A DNA stretch of 22,448 nucleotides, from positions 1-22,448 of the forward strand of contig JANOSY010000038.1 of assembly GCA_031416075.1 (NCBI GenBank), given 5' to 3'. The DNA is from Candidatus Tenderia sp. (GTDB taxonomy: Bacteria > Pseudomonadota > Gammaproteobacteria > Tenderiales > Tenderiaceae). The translations under genes were made by a program, and so were the position numbers. Under the pieces are notes generated by a model. That model searched no databases. It was not told the DNA's origin and was given only the letters and a program-made list of their open reading frames with translations. Shown here piece by piece: positions 20,171 through 22,448 of this stretch; positions within the stretch are counted from its first letter, which is position 1, and each line of letters opens with the position of its first letter.

Positions 20171-22159
20171 TTATTTACCCAGAACCTTGTTTGCAGTTGC
20201 AACAACGTTCTCTACGGTGAAGCCGAACTCTTTAAACAGCTCACCAGCGGGCGCAGATTCACCGAAGCTCTTCATAGCCACGATGCCGCCTTCCAGACCA
20301 ACGTATTTATACCAGGATTCCGCTACGCCAGCTTCAACAGCAACACGCTTAACGCCGGGAATCAGGACAGAGTCTTTGTACGCTTGATCTTGCGTATCGT
20401 ATGCACAGGTGGAGGGCATGGAGACAACGCGGACCTTCACGTCCATCCCTGCCGCTGCACTCACCGCCAGACCAACCTCAGAGCCGGATGCAATAAAGAT
20501 AATATCTGGTGTGCCTGCACAATCTTTCAGGACATAACCACCCTTCTCGATATTTTTAACCTGCTCAGGAGTACGCTCCATGGGTGTCAGGTTTTGACGT
20601 GAAAAGACCAGGGCAGTAGGTGCATTATTGCGCAACATTGCCAATTTCCAGGAGACCGCAGACTCAACGGCATCACAACCACGCCATGTCTGGAAGTTTG
20701 GAATCACACGCATTGTTGCCATCTGCTCCACGGGCTGATGGGTAGGACCATCTTCCCCCAGACCAATAGAGTCATGGGTGTAGACATAGATAGTGCCAAT
20801 CTTCATCAGTGCAGACATGCGCAGTGCATTACGCATGAACTCCATAAACATAAAGAAGGTTGCGCCGTACACCTTGAAACCGCCATGCAGAACCATGCCG
20901 TTCATCATGTGGGCCATACCAAACTCACGCACACCCCAGGAGATGTAGTTACCGTTGGCATTCTCTCGGTTCACTTTCACGGTACCGGACCAGTTGGTCA
21001 GGTTGGAACCTGTCAGGTCAGCAGAACCACCGAACATCTCTGGCAGCAGCGGACCCATTGCTTCGATAGCATTTTGAGACGCTTTGCGTGAAGCAATGTT
21101 GGGCATATCGGCTTGAGTCTTGGCGATGAACTTATCCATTTCAACGACGAAGTTGGCTGGCAGCTCGCCTGCCATACGACGCAGAAACTCAGCGGCTTCC
21201 GCAGGGAAGGCGGCGCGATAGGCCTCAAACTTCTTGTTCCAAGCCGCTTCATCGGCAGCGCCCTGCTCTTTGTGATCCCAGCCAGCAGCGATATCAGCAG
21301 GGATTTCAAAAGGCGCGGCCGTCCAGCCAAGCACATCACGGGTAGCCGCAATTTCGGCATCGCCCAGTGGTGCACCGTGGCAGTCGTGACTGCCCGCCAG
21401 ATTTGGCGAACCAAAACCGATGGTAGTACGGGCGCAGATCAGAGAGGGCTTGTCAGTAACAGACTTCGCTTCTGCGATAGCCGCATTGACCGCATCAGCA
21501 TCGTGACCGTCAACGTCAGGAATTACGTGCCAGTCGTAGGATTTGAAGCGGCCAGGCACACCCTTTTCCATCCAGTCACCGATGTGACCATCAATAGAGA
21601 TGTCGTTGTCATCCCAGAAAGCGATCAGCTTGCCCAGACCCAACGTACCGGCCATGGCGCAGGACTCATGGGAGAGGCCTTCCATCAAACAGCCGTCACC
21701 CATGAATACATAGGTGTGGTGATCAACAATCTCGTGGCCAGGCTTATTGAATTGCGCCGCCAAGGTACGCTCGGCGATCGCCATACCCACTGCATTGGTA
21801 ATACCTTGTCCCAAAGGACCGGTCGTTGTCTCAATACCGTCGGCATAGCCGTATTCAGGATGACCCGCGGTTTTGGAGTGCAGCTGACGGAAATTTTTGA
21901 TGTCATCTATAGTCAGACCAAAACCCGTCAGGTGCAGTAGCGAGTAAAGCAGCATTGAACCGTGGCCATTTGAAAGCACAAAACGGTCACGATCAACCCA
22001 CTTAGCATTGGTTGGGTTGTACTTCATGTGGCTATTCCACAAAACTTCAGCAATATCGGCCATACCCATGGGCGCACCCGGGTGGCCCGATTTTGCTTTT
22101 TGTACCGCATCCATGCTCAAAGCGCGGATTGCATTCGCTAGATCTCTGCGAGAGGGCAT
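20171..22159 (-). CDS. tkt: Transketolase
   Basis: [27 protein letters not shown], ThDP motif [31 protein letters not shown]. Start at ATG 22159 after GAGGAG. Confidence 0.97.
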   Translation of the reverse strand: MPSRRDLANAIRALSMDAVQKAKSGHPGAPMGMADIAEVLWNSHMKYNPTNAKWVDRDRFVLSNGHGSMLLYSLLHLTGFGLTIDDIKNFRQLHSKTAGHPEYGYADGIETTTGPLGQGITNAVGMAIAERTLAAQFNKPGHEIVDHHTYVFMGDGCLMEGLSHESCAMAGTLGLGKLIAFWDDNDISIDGHIGDWMEKGVPGRFKSYDWHVIPDVDGHDADAVNAAIAEAKSVTDKPSLICARTTIGFGSPNLAGSHDCHGAPLGDAEIAATRDVLGWTAAPFEIPADIAAGWDHKEQGAADEAAWNKKFEAYRAAFPAEAAEFLRRMAGELPANFVVEMDKFIAKTQADMPNIASRKASQNAIEAMGPLLPEMFGGSADLTGSNLTNWSGTVKVNRENANGNYISWGVREFGMAHMMNGMVLHGGFKVYGATFFMFMEFMRNALRMSALMKIGTIYVYTHDSIGLGEDGPTHQPVEQMATMRVIPNFQTWRGCDAVESAVSWKLAMLRNNAPTALVFSRQNLTPMERTPEQVKNIEKGGYVLKDCAGTPDIIFIASGSEVGLAVSAAAGMDVKVRVVSMPSTCAYDTQDQAYKDSVLIPGVKRVAVEAGVAESWYKYVGLEGGIVAMKSFGESAPAGELFKEFGFTVENVVATANKVLGK

Positions 22160-22369
22160 AAAACTCTCCTCAAACTCTTGGTGGATTAATAGGTTAAAAA
22201 ACAAAAGATTACATAAAAAACCAGGGCGTCACCGCCAATCAGGGCGGACGCGAAAGCGGGCAATGTTATCACATTTTGCCACTATTCAACATCATCGAAC
22301 CACCCCCCCCCAGGGCAATCGCGCTATAAATCTCTTGCCGATCAGGATTAAATGAGGTATGGGTTAAGG

Positions 22370-22388
22370 ATTTGACAGGAAGTCAAAT
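22370..22388. promoter_or_regulatory. Operator-like inverted repeat overlapping a TTGACA hexamer
   Basis: ATTTGAC-AGGAA-GTCAAAT has 7-bp perfect arms and lies about 210 nt upstream of tkt. Confidence 0.35.
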
Positions 22389-22448
22389 GCTACCCGACCC
22401 ACGACCGTATTTTGAAGTATTGGCTGATCCCCGCCGGGAGACGAAGAA

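Overview
Bacterial chromosomal window, most consistent with a Gammaproteobacterium (inferred from gene content and order). It has four parts. (1) A minus-strand PEP-CTERM/exosortase-A-associated cluster: a stand-alone cNMP-binding protein, a TIGR03013-type sugar transferase, prsK, prsR and prsT, followed by a decayed second prsT-like gene that runs into what resembles the non-coding left end of an IS110-family element at the window edge. (2) A divergent plus-strand nucleotide-sugar trio: ugd, a tviB/wbpO-like dehydrogenase and a UDP-uronate 4-epimerase. (3) A two-gene accessory cassette (13128-14930, minus) encoding a secreted C39-like papain-fold peptidase, frameshifted in its signal peptide, and a membrane-anchored PepSY/propeptide-like partner. 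(4) The conserved tkt-gap-pgk-pyk-fba operon (minus) with several intergenic hairpins. The best candidates for novelty are the peptidase/partner cassette and the IS110-like end next to the prsT pseudogene. All family calls come from motif recognition by eye; no searches were run.
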